Assembly (NCBI RefSeq): GCF_042660085.1
Contig: NZ_JBHSTI010000058.1
Span: 16,665-48,664, forward strand
DNA length: 32,000 bases
Direction of reading: 5' to 3'
Origin: Longivirga aurantiaca
GTDB lineage: Bacteria; Actinomycetota; Actinomycetes; S36-B12; CAIYMF01
Below, in pieces: positions 17,504 through 27,800 of this stretch. Position numbers and translations under genes: made by a program. The notes beneath the pieces are model-generated. The model did no database searches. It was given only the letters and a program-made list of their open reading frames with translations, and was not told the DNA's origin. Positions within the stretch are counted from its first letter, which is position 1. Each line of letters begins with the position of its first letter.

Positions 17504-18411
17504 CGCGGGTCGTCGTGTCGCTCGCTGTGGCGGCGATGGCAGCGCTCGCGACCGCCGCCAATGCGGAGGCGACCGGCACCTCCGGCGGCGTCACGTGTCC
17601 ACCGGATCAACCCATCTGCATCATCGTCGTCGAGGGTCCCGGCAGTCCCGGGTCGACGCCGACTCCCACACCGGGCGGCGGTACGACGCCCGAGTGCCGC
17701 CTGCCGATCACCGGCGAGGCAGTCGACTGCTACGACCCCACCTTCGGCTGGTGGAGCAATTCCCAGGGCTGCTACTTCATGCTGGTCGACCCTCAGCCAG
17801 TCAGTAGCGACCCAGTCTGGTCCGGACGCCCAGCCGGGGGCGCCATCTACCTGGCGACGTGCCTCAGCACGGGAGGCTCCGGCGGGGGATGGGTGTGGCT
17901 GTCGGGACCTCCTGACGGTTACGGCGGCACCGCGACGCCGGCGACGTTGGCGCAGCGGGCGCTGGACTCGATGCGCCTGGACGGTCCGGACATCGGCATG
18001 GCACCGGATCCCTCGGGCACAGGGCTCGTCGGTCTGCCGGTGTGGATGTGGACCGAGGTGCGTGCCTCGACGTGGGGTCCGACGTCGGCGACGGCGTCGA
18101 TCCCGGGAACGTCGGTGACCGCGACGGCGCGGGCGTCGAAGGTGGTGTGGGACATGGGCGATGGCTACACGGTGACGTGCACGTCGCCCGGCACCCCATA
18201 CACGACGTCGGCCGGCGATACGCAGTCCCCGACGTGCGGGCACGTCTACAACCGGTCCTCGGCGTCGCAGCCCGGCCACGCCTACGCAGTCACGGCGACC
18301 ACGACGTGGGTGGTGTCGTGGGCCGGCGGCGGGCAGTCCGGCGTGCTGACGGTGACCCGGACGTCGTCGACGAGCGTGCGCATCGGCGAGCTTCAGGTGC
18401 TGGTCACATGA
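17497..18411 (+). CDS. Secreted Cys-containing hypothetical protein
   Basis: The GTG at 17497 overlaps the upstream stop. Signal peptide (M)LTRVVVSLAVAAMAALATAANAEA. The mature part has 9 Cys, some in pairs (CPPDQPIC, ECRLPITGEAVDC). Confidence 0.6.
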   Translation: MLTRVVVSLAVAAMAALATAANAEATGTSGGVTCPPDQPICIIVVEGPGSPGSTPTPTPGGGTTPECRLPITGEAVDCYDPTFGWWSNSQGCYFMLVDPQPVSSDPVWSGRPAGGAIYLATCLSTGGSGGGWVWLSGPPDGYGGTATPATLAQRALDSMRLDGPDIGMAPDPSGTGLVGLPVWMWTEVRASTWGPTSATASIPGTSVTATARASKVVWDMGDGYTVTCTSPGTPYTTSAGDTQSPTCGHVYNRSSASQPGHAYAVTATTTWVVSWAGGGQSGVLTVTRTSSTSVRIGELQVLVT

Positions 18412-18451
18412 GCACCGGCGCGCGGCGTGCCATGCGACGGGAGGTGGGGCG

Positions 18452-19135
18452 GTGACGACCACGAGCAGGTCGAGCACGGCACGTGCCGACGGGCCGACGC
18501 GGGCGATGCCGGTCGCTGCAGCGCTGCGCGCCCCACGGCCGCGGCGCCGCCCGGGGCTGCTGGCCCTGGGCGTGGCCCTGGTCGCGGTGGGAGCGCTCGC
18601 GGCTGCGTGGCTGGTGTCGACCAGCAGCGCCCGCGTCGCTGTGCTGGTCGCGGCGCGCGACGTTCCCTATGGGACGGTCCTGACCGACGCCGACCTGTCG
18701 ACCGTCGAGGTCTCCGGCACGAGCGGGGTCGCCGTCATCCCGGCGGGCGAGCGTGACCAGGTCGTGGGCCAGGTCGCTGCGACGACGATCGTGGCCGGGT
18801 CGCTGCTGGCGCCCGCGCAGCTCACCGACGCAGCACCCCCGAAGGCGGGGGAGGTCCTGGTCGGTGTTCCGCTCAAGGCGGACCGGCTGCCCGCCGGTGG
18901 TCTGACGCCGGGGGACCGGGTCCTCATCGTCGAGACCCCTGGCGTGGACGGCGACCCGCCGATCGGGCTGCCCGCGACTCTGGCGGCGACTGTCGTGCGG
19001 GTCGGCCCGGCTGACCTGAACGGGGTGTCGGTGCTCGACGTCACGGTCGCGGCCGGGGACGGTCCGGCGCTGGCCTCGCGGGCCGCGACCGGGCGCATCG
19101 CGCTGGTGCTGCTGCCGCGGGTGGCCGGGTCATGA
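18452..19135 (+). CDS. SAF-domain / CpaB(RcpC)-like Flp pilus assembly protein
   Basis: N-terminal TM (GLLALGVALVAVGALAAAWLV) followed by a SAF-like region (VLVAARDVPYGTVLTDADL). Its position is immediately upstream of the CpaE-like and CpaF genes. GGGAGGTGGGG lies before the GTG. Confidence 0.75.
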   Translation: MTTTSRSSTARADGPTRAMPVAAALRAPRPRRRPGLLALGVALVAVGALAAAWLVSTSSARVAVLVAARDVPYGTVLTDADLSTVEVSGTSGVAVIPAGERDQVVGQVAATTIVAGSLLAPAQLTDAAPPKAGEVLVGVPLKADRLPAGGLTPGDRVLIVETPGVDGDPPIGLPATLAATVVRVGPADLNGVSVLDVTVAAGDGPALASRAATGRIALVLLPRVAGS

Positions 19136-19968
19136 CCGTGATCGCGGTGTGTTCGGCCAAGGGTGCGCCCGGGGCGACCACCACCGCGCTGGCCCTGGCC
19201 CTGGCCTGGCCGCTGAACGGGGGCTCGGTGCTTCTGGTCGACGCCGACCCGGCCGGCGCGGATCTGGCCTCGGGCTACCTACAGGGCGCGACCGGGCCGG
19301 GCGCCGGAGCCGGCGCCGTCGCGACGGCACGCAGCGACCTGCTCGACGCGGTCCACGGTTCCGCGGTCGCGCTCGACGCGACCGGGTCCCGGCTCCTGCT
19401 CGCCGGGCCCGCACCGTTCCCGCCGACCAGGCCTGGTGCGGCCCCGGCCTGGTCGCGGCTGCGCGACCTCGACAGCACAGGCGAGGGGAGCTGGTCGGTC
19501 CTCGTCGACCTCGGACGACTGCCTGCCGGCGCTGACGCATCGCTGCTGGCGGCCGCGGACCTCGTGGTGCTCGTGACCGGGTCGTCGTTGCGCGCGGTCG
19601 CGGCAGCACGCCCCGCCGCGAAGGCGATGCGCACAGCCGAGCCGGCACACTCGTCGTCGCCGCGGGGGTGGCTGCTGGTCGTCGGGGAGCGACGCCCGTA
19701 CCCGGCCGATGAGGTCGCATCCTCCCTGGGGCTGCCGCTGCTCGGATCGCTGGCCTGGGATCCGCGGGCGGCGGCGGTGCTCAGCGACGGCGCGCCTGCC
19801 GGGCGGTGGTTCGCCCGCACCGCGCTGATGCGTTCCGCGACCGCAGTGACCGCTCGGCTCCGCGACAGCGCCGAGCGTCGCACGCCGTTGTCCGCCCCGA
19901 CGTCCGACGAGTCGCTGCTGCACACCTCCGTAACGGCCCCCGACGCGGCGACGGTGGTGGGCTCGTGA
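19132..19968 (+). CDS. ParA/MinD/CpaE-like protein with degenerate P-loop
   Basis: MTVIAVCSAKGAPGATTTALALALA aligns to the deviant Walker A xKGGxGK[ST]T, but the P-loop Lys is replaced (KGAPGATT). LLVDADPAG is Walker A'-like. ATGA overlap upstream and GTGA overlap downstream. Confidence 0.7.
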   Translation: MTVIAVCSAKGAPGATTTALALALAWPLNGGSVLLVDADPAGADLASGYLQGATGPGAGAGAVATARSDLLDAVHGSAVALDATGSRLLLAGPAPFPPTRPGAAPAWSRLRDLDSTGEGSWSVLVDLGRLPAGADASLLAAADLVVLVTGSSLRAVAAARPAAKAMRTAEPAHSSSPRGWLLVVGERRPYPADEVASSLGLPLLGSLAWDPRAAAVLSDGAPAGRWFARTALMRSATAVTARLRDSAERRTPLSAPTSDESLLHTSVTAPDAATVVGS

Positions 19969-21425
19969 CCGAGCAGCTGCGCGCCGGGCAGGTCGACGAC
20001 CTCGACGCCCCCGCGCTTCACGCGTGGCCCGAACCCGAACCGCCCGCAGCCGACCCGGGCGTCGGGTTGTCCGTCGATCACGGGCTGGTCCGTGAGCTGC
20101 GCCGCGAGGCCGCCGAACGCCTCGCCGCCCGCCTGCAGGCGAACCCGCTGACAGACGCGACGGCCCGCCAGGAGCTGTGCCGCTCCCTGCTCGCCGATGT
20201 CCTAACGGCCCGGTCCCGCGACGCGGCCCGCGCGGGCGCCCCGGGGTGGAGCGTGGAGGAGGAGTTCGCGCTCGCCGACGCGGTCATGTCGGCGCTGTTC
20301 GGCCTGGGACGGCTGCAGCCGCTGGTCGACGACCCGATGGTGGAGAACATCGAGGTCAACGGCCACGACCAGGTCTGGGTGTCCTATGCGGATGGCCGGG
20401 AGGAGCGCGGTCCCGCCGTTGCGGACTCCGACGCCGAGCTCCTCGAGCAGCTCCAGCACCTGGCCGCTCGGGTGGCGGGCAACGAACGCACGTTCACCAC
20501 TGCGAACCCGCGCTTGCACCTGCGCCTGGAGGACGGGTCCCGGCTGGCGGCGATGGCGTGGACGACACCGCGCCCTCAGGTGGTGGTGCGCCGCCACCGG
20601 GTCCGCGACGTCGACCTTGACGACCTCATCGCCCTCGGGATGCTGGACACCGCGCTGGTCGCGTTCCTGCGCGCGGCGCTGCGGTCGGGGAAGAACATCA
20701 TCGTCACCGGGCTGCAGAACGCGGGCAAGACCACGTTGATCCGGGCGTTGGCCAACGAGTTCGACCCGATGGAGCGGTTCGCGACGATCGAGCGGGAGTA
20801 CGAGCTGCACCTGCACGAGCTCCCCGACCGGCACCCCCGGGTGGTGGCGATGGAGGCCCGCGAGGGGTCCAGCGAACGCGACGCTTCGGGCCGCCGCGCG
20901 GGCGAGGTGACGCTGTCCGAGCTGGTGGTGGATGCGCTGCGGATGAACCTGCGCCGCATCATCGTCGGCGAGGTCCGCGGCAGCGAGGCCGTCCCGATGC
21001 TGGAGGCGATGTCGACCGGCGACGGGTCGCTGTGCACGATCCACTCCCGCACCGCCGCGCACGCCCTGGACCGCCTGGTCACCCTGTGCCTGTCCGCGGA
21101 CATCGGGATGACCGACACGTTCGCCTACCGCCTGGTCGCAGGCTCCGTGGACCTCATCGTCCACGCCCGGCTGCTAGACGAGACCCACATCGGGGGGCGG
21201 CGGCACCGGTTCGTGTCCGACATCGTGGAGATCAACGGGATGGGCGAGTTCGGCCGCCCCACCACCACGACCGTCTTCGCCCCCGGACCCGACGGGCGCG
21301 CCGCCCCCACCCACGCACCGGCATGCCTGCCGGAACTGATCAGAGCCGGGTTCGACCCCGGGTTCCTCGACCACCGCACCGGCACCTGGACCATGCCGCT
21401 GGACCTGGTCGGGGCACCGTCATGA
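19965..21425 (+). CDS. cpaF: TadA/CpaF-family secretion ATPase
   Basis: Walker A IIVTGLQNAGKTTLIRAL, Walker B/Asp box RRIIVGEVRGSEA, His box SLCTIHSRTA. About 486 aa from GTG 19965. Confidence 0.9.
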   Translation: MTEQLRAGQVDDLDAPALHAWPEPEPPAADPGVGLSVDHGLVRELRREAAERLAARLQANPLTDATARQELCRSLLADVLTARSRDAARAGAPGWSVEEEFALADAVMSALFGLGRLQPLVDDPMVENIEVNGHDQVWVSYADGREERGPAVADSDAELLEQLQHLAARVAGNERTFTTANPRLHLRLEDGSRLAAMAWTTPRPQVVVRRHRVRDVDLDDLIALGMLDTALVAFLRAALRSGKNIIVTGLQNAGKTTLIRALANEFDPMERFATIEREYELHLHELPDRHPRVVAMEAREGSSERDASGRRAGEVTLSELVVDALRMNLRRIIVGEVRGSEAVPMLEAMSTGDGSLCTIHSRTAAHALDRLVTLCLSADIGMTDTFAYRLVAGSVDLIVHARLLDETHIGGRRHRFVSDIVEINGMGEFGRPTTTTVFAPGPDGRAAPTHAPACLPELIRAGFDPGFLDHRTGTWTMPLDLVGAPS

Positions 21426-22336
21426 CCGCCGTCCTGGCCGCGGTCACCGGCGCGATCCTTGTCGCCGGATTGCTGCTGGTAGTCGCCGGGCTGTTCCCCG
21501 CGCTCGCACCCGCACCGGTGCCGCGTCGCACTGCGACGACGCACCCGCGGCGGCTGCCGGCCGGGTCGACGGCGCGCGCCATCGTCGCGGTTCTGGGTGC
21601 GGCCGTGGCGTGGCTGGTCACCGGGTGGCCGGTCGCGGCGCTCATCGTCGCCGCAACCGTGTGGGGCCTGCCGATCCTGCTCGGGACCTCGACCGTCGCG
21701 GCCGCGGGTATCGACCGGATCGAGGCGCTGGAGGAATGGACGAGGCGCCTGTCCGACGTGCTGGTGGTCGGTGTCGGTCTCGAGCAGGGCATCGCCGCGA
21801 CCGTGCGCACCTGCCCGCAACGCCTGGAGGGCGAGGTGTCCGCGTTGGCGGCGCGGCTGGACGCGCGCTGGTCGACAGAGGCCGCGCTGCGCGCGTTCGC
21901 CGACGACCTCGACGACGCCACCGGCGATCTCGTCGTCGCGACGTTGATCCTGGGCGCCCGTCGTCGGGGCCCCGGCCTGGCACGGGTCCTGGCCGCGGTC
22001 GCGGACTCTGTCGCCGAGGAGGTCGCGATGCGCCGCCGGGTCGAGGCCGAGCGTGCCAAGCCCCGCACCACCGCCCGCGCGGTCACCGTCATCACCTTCG
22101 GCGTGGTCGCCGTCGGCGCGCTCAACGGCACCTACCTCGCCCCCTACGGCACCGTGCTCGGGCAGCTGGTGCTCGCGGTGATCGCGTGCGGGTTCATCGC
22201 CTCGCTGGCGTGGATGCGGGCGCTGACGTTGACCCGACCGCAGCCGCGGCTGTTCCAGCCCACCGGCTCGACGCGACTCGGCGACGCGGCAGGACTCACC
22301 AGCATGCCGGCCGTCGCTGTAAGGGGGGACTCGTGA
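21422..22336 (+). CDS. tadB: TadB-like (T2SS F family) pilus assembly membrane protein
   Basis: Polytopic membrane protein of 304 aa in the position immediately after CpaF. ATGA overlap at 21422-21425. Confidence 0.75.
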   Translation: MTAVLAAVTGAILVAGLLLVVAGLFPALAPAPVPRRTATTHPRRLPAGSTARAIVAVLGAAVAWLVTGWPVAALIVAATVWGLPILLGTSTVAAAGIDRIEALEEWTRRLSDVLVVGVGLEQGIAATVRTCPQRLEGEVSALAARLDARWSTEAALRAFADDLDDATGDLVVATLILGARRRGPGLARVLAAVADSVAEEVAMRRRVEAERAKPRTTARAVTVITFGVVAVGALNGTYLAPYGTVLGQLVLAVIACGFIASLAWMRALTLTRPQPRLFQPTGSTRLGDAAGLTSMPAVAVRGDS

Positions 22337-23220
22337 TCGACCCGTGGGTGATCGCCGCCGGCGCGAGCGTGGGCGCGGGTGTCGCGGTGCTGATCCGCGC
22401 CCTGGTCCCCGACGTCCCCGACCTCGCTGCGGCCCTGGCCCGCCTGGACACCGCCGATCCCGAACCCGTCGCCGTGGTCGGGGCGTCGCGGTGGCATCGC
22501 ACCAGCACCAGCGTCTTCACCGACCTCGGTGCCCGTCTGCACCTGGACCGCTACGCCCGCGACCTCGCCCTGCTCGGCGAGACCCCGGCGACGCTGGCGG
22601 CGCGCAAGACCGGCTACGCGCTGCTCGGGCTGGCGTTCCCGCCGGTCCTGCTCGCCGCGGTCGCGCTGCTGGGCATCGTGCCCCCGATCGTCGTGCCCGC
22701 GGCGGTGTCGCTGCTGCTGGCGGCGGTGCTGTTCTGGGTGCCCGACGCGGACCTGCGCCGCCGCGCGCAGACCGAGCGGGACGCGATGCGCCTGGCGGTG
22801 TGCGCCTACCTCGAGTTCGTCGCCCTCGAGCGCGCCGGCGACGCCGGCACCGTGCAGGCTCTCGAGCGCGCCGCCTGGGTCGCCGATGCGCCGGGGTTCG
22901 TGCGGATCCGCGACGCCCTGACCCGCGCCGAGCTCGCCGGGCGCCCGCCGTGGGACGCGCTCGGCGACCTCTCGGAGCAGGTCGGCGTCCCCGAGCTCGG
23001 TGACCTCGCCGACATCATGCGCCTGTCCGGCACCGACGGCGCCGCCGTCTACGCCACCTTGCGCGCCCGCGCCGCCTCGCTGCGCCACCAGCTGCTGGCC
23101 GCGTCCGCGGCGGAGGCGAACGCCGCAAGCGAGCACATGATCATCCCCGTCGCCCTGCTGGGCATCGCCTTCATGGCCCTGATCGGCTACCCCGCCTTCG
23201 CCCGGATCCTGTTCTCCTAG
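22333..23220 (+). CDS. tadC: TadC-like (T2SS F family) pilus assembly membrane protein
   Basis: 295 aa with TM segments at the N-terminus, the middle and the C-terminus. GTGA overlap with tadB (22333-22336). Confidence 0.75.
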   Translation: MIDPWVIAAGASVGAGVAVLIRALVPDVPDLAAALARLDTADPEPVAVVGASRWHRTSTSVFTDLGARLHLDRYARDLALLGETPATLAARKTGYALLGLAFPPVLLAAVALLGIVPPIVVPAAVSLLLAAVLFWVPDADLRRRAQTERDAMRLAVCAYLEFVALERAGDAGTVQALERAAWVADAPGFVRIRDALTRAELAGRPPWDALGDLSEQVGVPELGDLADIMRLSGTDGAAVYATLRARAASLRHQLLAASAAEANAASEHMIIPVALLGIAFMALIGYPAFARILFS

Positions 23221-23282
23221 AAACACGTCCCATCCCACCGTGCAACGCCCATGCACGCCGTACCGGACAGGAGCACCTCCCG

Positions 23283-23483
23283 ATGACCAGCACCCTGCTC
23301 GCCGCCCGCGTCCTGCTCGTCGGCCACCTCGCCCGCACCCGCCGCACCCTGCGCAATCGGGGTGAGGACGGTGTCTCGACCCTGGAGCTGGTGATCATCG
23401 TGCTCGGGCTCATCGCGGTCGCGACGCTGCTGGTCACCGCGATCACCCTGGCCGTCACCCGCCGCACCGACCAGATCAACTGA
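23283..23483 (+). CDS. Flp/DUF4244-type small pilin precursor
   Basis: 66 aa. A basic leader is followed by G/VSTLELVIIVLGLIAVATLLV, which resembles the Flp G/xxxxE[YL] processing motif plus a hydrophobic helix. GGAG lies upstream. Confidence 0.65.
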   Translation: MTSTLLAARVLLVGHLARTRRTLRNRGEDGVSTLELVIIVLGLIAVATLLVTAITLAVTRRTDQIN

Positions 23484-23500
23484 CCAGGCCCGCCGCAGCC

Positions 23501-23941
23501 ATGCCCGCCCGCCCACTGGCAGGAACCGTCGGCACCGCCCGGTGCCGTCGGTGGCATGCCCGGGGGCAGGACGGGTCGGTGAGCCTGGAGATCGCGATCC
23601 TCGCGCCCGCACTGCTGCTGCTGGTGTTCTCGATCGTCCAGGGCGGCCTGTGGTTCCACGCCCGCAACCTCGCCCAGGCCGCAGCGCAGGAAGGCGCCGC
23701 CGCGGGCGCTGCCTACAACTCGACCACCGGCGCGGCGGTGGCGCGGGCCCGGTCCTTCCTCACCGACCACGCCGGGGACTCGCTGACCGGGACGTCCGTC
23801 ACGGCCGCAGGCACCACAACCGCGTTCGTCCGGATCGAGGTGAGCGGCCGGGCGCTGTCGGTGCTGCCCGGTGTCCCCGGCCTGACCGTCACCCAGGACG
23901 CCCTCGTCCCGGTCGAGCGCTTCACCCCGGACATCCCATGA
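23501..23941 (+). CDS. TadE-like pseudopilin
   Basis: GSVSLEIAILAPALLLLVFSIVQGGLWFHA is the TadE N-terminal motif (xxE followed by a hydrophobic helix). Confidence 0.7.
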   Translation: MPARPLAGTVGTARCRRWHARGQDGSVSLEIAILAPALLLLVFSIVQGGLWFHARNLAQAAAQEGAAAGAAYNSTTGAAVARARSFLTDHAGDSLTGTSVTAAGTTTAFVRIEVSGRALSVLPGVPGLTVTQDALVPVERFTPDIP

Positions 23942-24414
23942 CCGGCAGACGCCCGGGACAGCGGCGCGCCGCTGACCACGCTCTGGGCGCGGCCCGCCGC
24001 GCCGACGCGGGGTCGGTGACCCTCGAGCTGTCGATCCTCGCTCCTGCCGTGCTGGTCCTGCTCGCCCTCGTCGTCGTCGCCGGCCGGCTGTCCATCGCGC
24101 ACCAGGCGGTCGACCACGCCGCCCAGACCGCCGCACGCGCCGCGACCCTGGCCCGCGACCCGGCGGCCGCCACCAGCACCGCGACCAGCGCCGCGCGCCG
24201 CGAGCTCGACACCGGCGACCTGCACTGCGCCACCGTGCGCGTCACCGTGGATACCAGCGGGTTCGCCGTCCCCGTCGGACGCCCGGCATCGGTCACCGCG
24301 ACCGTCACCTGCACGGTGTCGCTGTCCGGTCTCGCCGTGCCCGGCATGCCCGGATCGCGGCAGGTCACCGCGACGGCGACCAGCCCGCTGGACACCTACC
24401 GGGGCCGGTCATGA
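23938..24414 (+). CDS. TadE-like pseudopilin (second copy)
   Basis: GSVTLELSILAPAVLVLLALVVVAGRL is a TadE-type N-terminus. ATGA overlaps at both ends. Confidence 0.7.
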   Translation: MTGRRPGQRRAADHALGAARRADAGSVTLELSILAPAVLVLLALVVVAGRLSIAHQAVDHAAQTAARAATLARDPAAATSTATSAARRELDTGDLHCATVRVTVDTSGFAVPVGRPASVTATVTCTVSLSGLAVPGMPGSRQVTATATSPLDTYRGRS

Positions 24415-24857
24415 CCCCCCGACGTCCCACGCGGCACCGAAACGGCGGGCGCTGCGATGAGGGGTCGGCGACGGTATTCCTGTCCATCACCGTCCTCGGG
24501 CTGCTCGTCCTCATCGGCCTCGTCGTCGACGGCGGCGCCAAGATCCGCGGCATCCAACGCGCCGACGCCCTGGCCGCCGACGCCGCCCGCGTCGCCGGGC
24601 AGCGCATCGACGTCCCCGACGCCATCACCGGCCAGGACCCCACCCTGGACACCCGCGCCGCGACCGCAGCGGCCCGCGCCTACCTCACCGCCCGCGGCGT
24701 CACCGGGACCGTCACCACCACCGGAACCACCGTCACCGTGACCGTCACCGATTCGACCCCGACCGTGTTCCTCGGCCTCATCGGCATTCACACCCTCACC
24801 GTGAACGGGCGTGCCAGCGCCACCCTCGTCCCCGGCATCTCCGGAGCCGCACCATGA
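24411..24857 (+). CDS. TadG/Rv3654c-like pilus assembly protein
   Basis: EGSATVFLSITVLGLLVLIGLVVDGGAKIRGIQRADALAADAAR is a Tad(G)-type N-terminal domain pattern. Confidence 0.65.
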   Translation: MTPRRPTRHRNGGRCDEGSATVFLSITVLGLLVLIGLVVDGGAKIRGIQRADALAADAARVAGQRIDVPDAITGQDPTLDTRAATAAARAYLTARGVTGTVTTTGTTVTVTVTDSTPTVFLGLIGIHTLTVNGRASATLVPGISGAAP

Positions 24858-27800
24858 CCAGAGCCACCACCCTGGCGACCAGCCGAGGGGCAGAGTCCGT
24901 GACCCACGCCGGGCGCCGCCGGCGCGGCGCCGAGATCGTGCGCGCCGTGGCCGCCCTGCTCGTGCTCGCAGCGCTCATCGTCGGCATTCCCGCACTGCTG
25001 CTCGTCGTCGCCCCGGCGCTGGACTGGCCCACCCTGTCTTGGCAGGCAATCACCTCCGCGCTGACCCGCCCCGACGACGGGCACCTCCTGCTGACCGCGC
25101 TGACGCTGCTGGCATGGGCTGCGTGGGCGGTGTTCGCCGTCTCCGTGGTCGTGGAGACGGTCGCGATGCTGCGCGGCCTGCCCACGCCACGACTCCCGCT
25201 GGCCGGTGCGCCACAGAAGCTCGCCGCGTCCCTTGTCGCCTCGGCCGCGATGCTCCTGGCCGCACCCAGCGGTACCGCACCCGGACACATCCCGCCTGTC
25301 CCGGCCGTCGCCGCAGACCCGGCACCAACCGGGTCGGCTTCGTCGGCCCAGCTCCCGACCTCGGCCCCGGCTACGGGGCGCCCTGCGGCGCAGCCGACGG
25401 CCGCCCCGACCTCGCCTCAGCCGCGGGCCGACCACGGCGCAGCCCGCGCGTCCGCATCCTCGACCTCGGTGCACGCCCATGCGAATGATCAGGTCCATCA
25501 GGCGGGCCGGGCTGCTCGCGACCTCACGATCACCGTCGTGCGTGGCGACACCCTCTGGGACCTCGCAGCCACTCACCTCGGCGACGGCGCACGCTTCCGC
25601 GAGATCGCCCGCCTCAACTACGGGCGCCCCCAGCACGACGGCCGCACCCTCACCGACACCCACTGGATCCACCCCGGCTGGGTCCTGCTCCTGCCCGAGC
25701 AGCACGCGGCCGCACCCGACACCGCCCACGCGCCGAAGCCGACGCCGCAACCGGCGACGCAGAACGGCGGCTCGGAGCACCGCACCTATGTGGTGCAGCG
25801 TGGCGACACGCTCTGGGACATCGCCGCCCACCAGCTCGGCGACCCCCTGCGCTACCGGGAAATCCACCAGCTCAACCGCGACCGCACCCAGCCCGACGGC
25901 CAGCACCTCGACGACCCCCGGCTCATCCAGCCCGGCTGGATCCTCCTGCTGCCCGCCCGTCACGACGCCGACCCGGCTCCTGGGACCGCACCGACGGCAC
26001 CACCCCGGACGCCCGAAGCGCCTCCCGTCGACGAGCCGGACGGTCGAGCACCGGTGATACCTGCCCCGACGACGCCGCGAGCTGTCACGGCCCCGCCCCA
26101 CCGCACCCCCGCAGTAGAGCCCGAGCGCACAGCCGCAGCGACGCCCGCCCCGACGGAGCCGAGTGCACAGCAGACAGCCACCCCGGCAGCGGAGGCCGAA
26201 GCCGGAGATGCGATCAGCAGGAGCTGGTCGCAGATCGTTCTCGGACTCACCGCCCTGACCGCCACCGGGTTTCTCGCCGAACTCGCCCGACGACGACGAC
26301 GCCAGCAGCAGCAACGCCGCCCCGGGCAGCGCCTCCCCCTGCCCACCGGGGACCCCGCCGCCGCGGAACGCATCCTGCGCAGCGCCCGGACTCCCGTCAC
26401 CCTCGACACCGTCGCGTCGGCACTGCAGCAGATGGCCGACGGCTGCCGCACCACAGGACGGCCCATGCCACGGCTTCTGGCCGTCCTCGTCGGCCAGCAC
26501 CAGCTCGACATCATCGTCGACGTGTCGATGGGGAACGGTGCCGCTGGCGACGAGCCTCCCCCTGCTGCACCGTTCACCAACGCGCCAGCCGGAGAGGCGC
26601 CCGTCGGCGACAACGTCGTTCTGTGGCGGCTCGACCCGACGGCGCTGGAAAGCGCACCCGGTGAGGATTCCGCGCCGTCGATGTCCGGGATCGTCGCCTA
26701 TCCCGCCCTGGTGACCCTCGGCACGGTCGAGGACCGCATGTTCCTGCTCAACCTCGAAGCGGCCGGCACCTTCGAGCTGGTTGGCGACGACCACGCGACG
26801 GCGGCAGTCCTTCGGACGCTGGGCGTCGAGCTGGCCACCAGCCCCCTCTCCGCGGCGTCCACGCTCATCCTCACCGACCATCTGCGCGACCTCGCCGACG
26901 TCGCCGATCCCGACCGCGTCGCCGCCGTCGACGACACCGCCGCTGCCCGTCGCGCGGACGTCCGGCTCGCCACCGTGCGCCAAGCGCTCGACGCTGAGGA
27001 CCTGCCCGACCTGCATGACGCGCGCTCGACCGGACGCGCACTGGACCACTGGGCTCCCGAGGTGCATCTGGGGCACGACAACGCCATCTGTCCGGCACCG
27101 TGGTCGGGTGTCGCCGTCGTCACGACCGCCAGCGCGTCACGGGAGAGCGCTACCGGGTGGATGATGCGCGTCCACGCCGACGCGGACGCCGTCCTCGAAC
27201 CGCTCGGCGTGCACATCGTCGCGTCCCGGCTCTCCGACACCGACTACGAATCCCTGCTCGCGCTGCTGGACGCCGCCAACCAGCAACCCGAGTACGTCAC
27301 CGAGGTTGCACCCGGCTGGGAACGGCCTGCGACCGGCTCGACCGCGCATATCGGCGAGTTGGACGAATCCGAGGAGGCCGACGACGTCGAGTCGCTCATC
27401 GAGCAGCTCATCTCGACCGCCCCGCTCGCCCTGAGATCACGGCGAGCTGCCGTCATAGCGGCCCTGCCCGACATCCCCGGCACGGCCGACGAGCGAGACC
27501 TCGAGCCGGACCCGGACACCCCCCGGATCATGCTGCTCGGCCGCGTCGACGTCGCCGGCGCCAGCACCCCCGCCACGGCGCGCCGAGGCCGCTCACTGGA
27601 GCTGCTCGCCTACCTCGCCCTGCACCCCGGCGCGAGTGCCAGCGAGCTCGACGACGCACTCTGGCCCGGCCAGCGCGTCACCTACGACATGCGGAACTCC
27701 CTCATCTCCCGAACCCGCACCTGGCTCGGCACCGACCACGACGGGCGGCCCTACCTCGAACACAGCAACAACTCCGGCCGCGGGTACCGGCTGCACCCGG

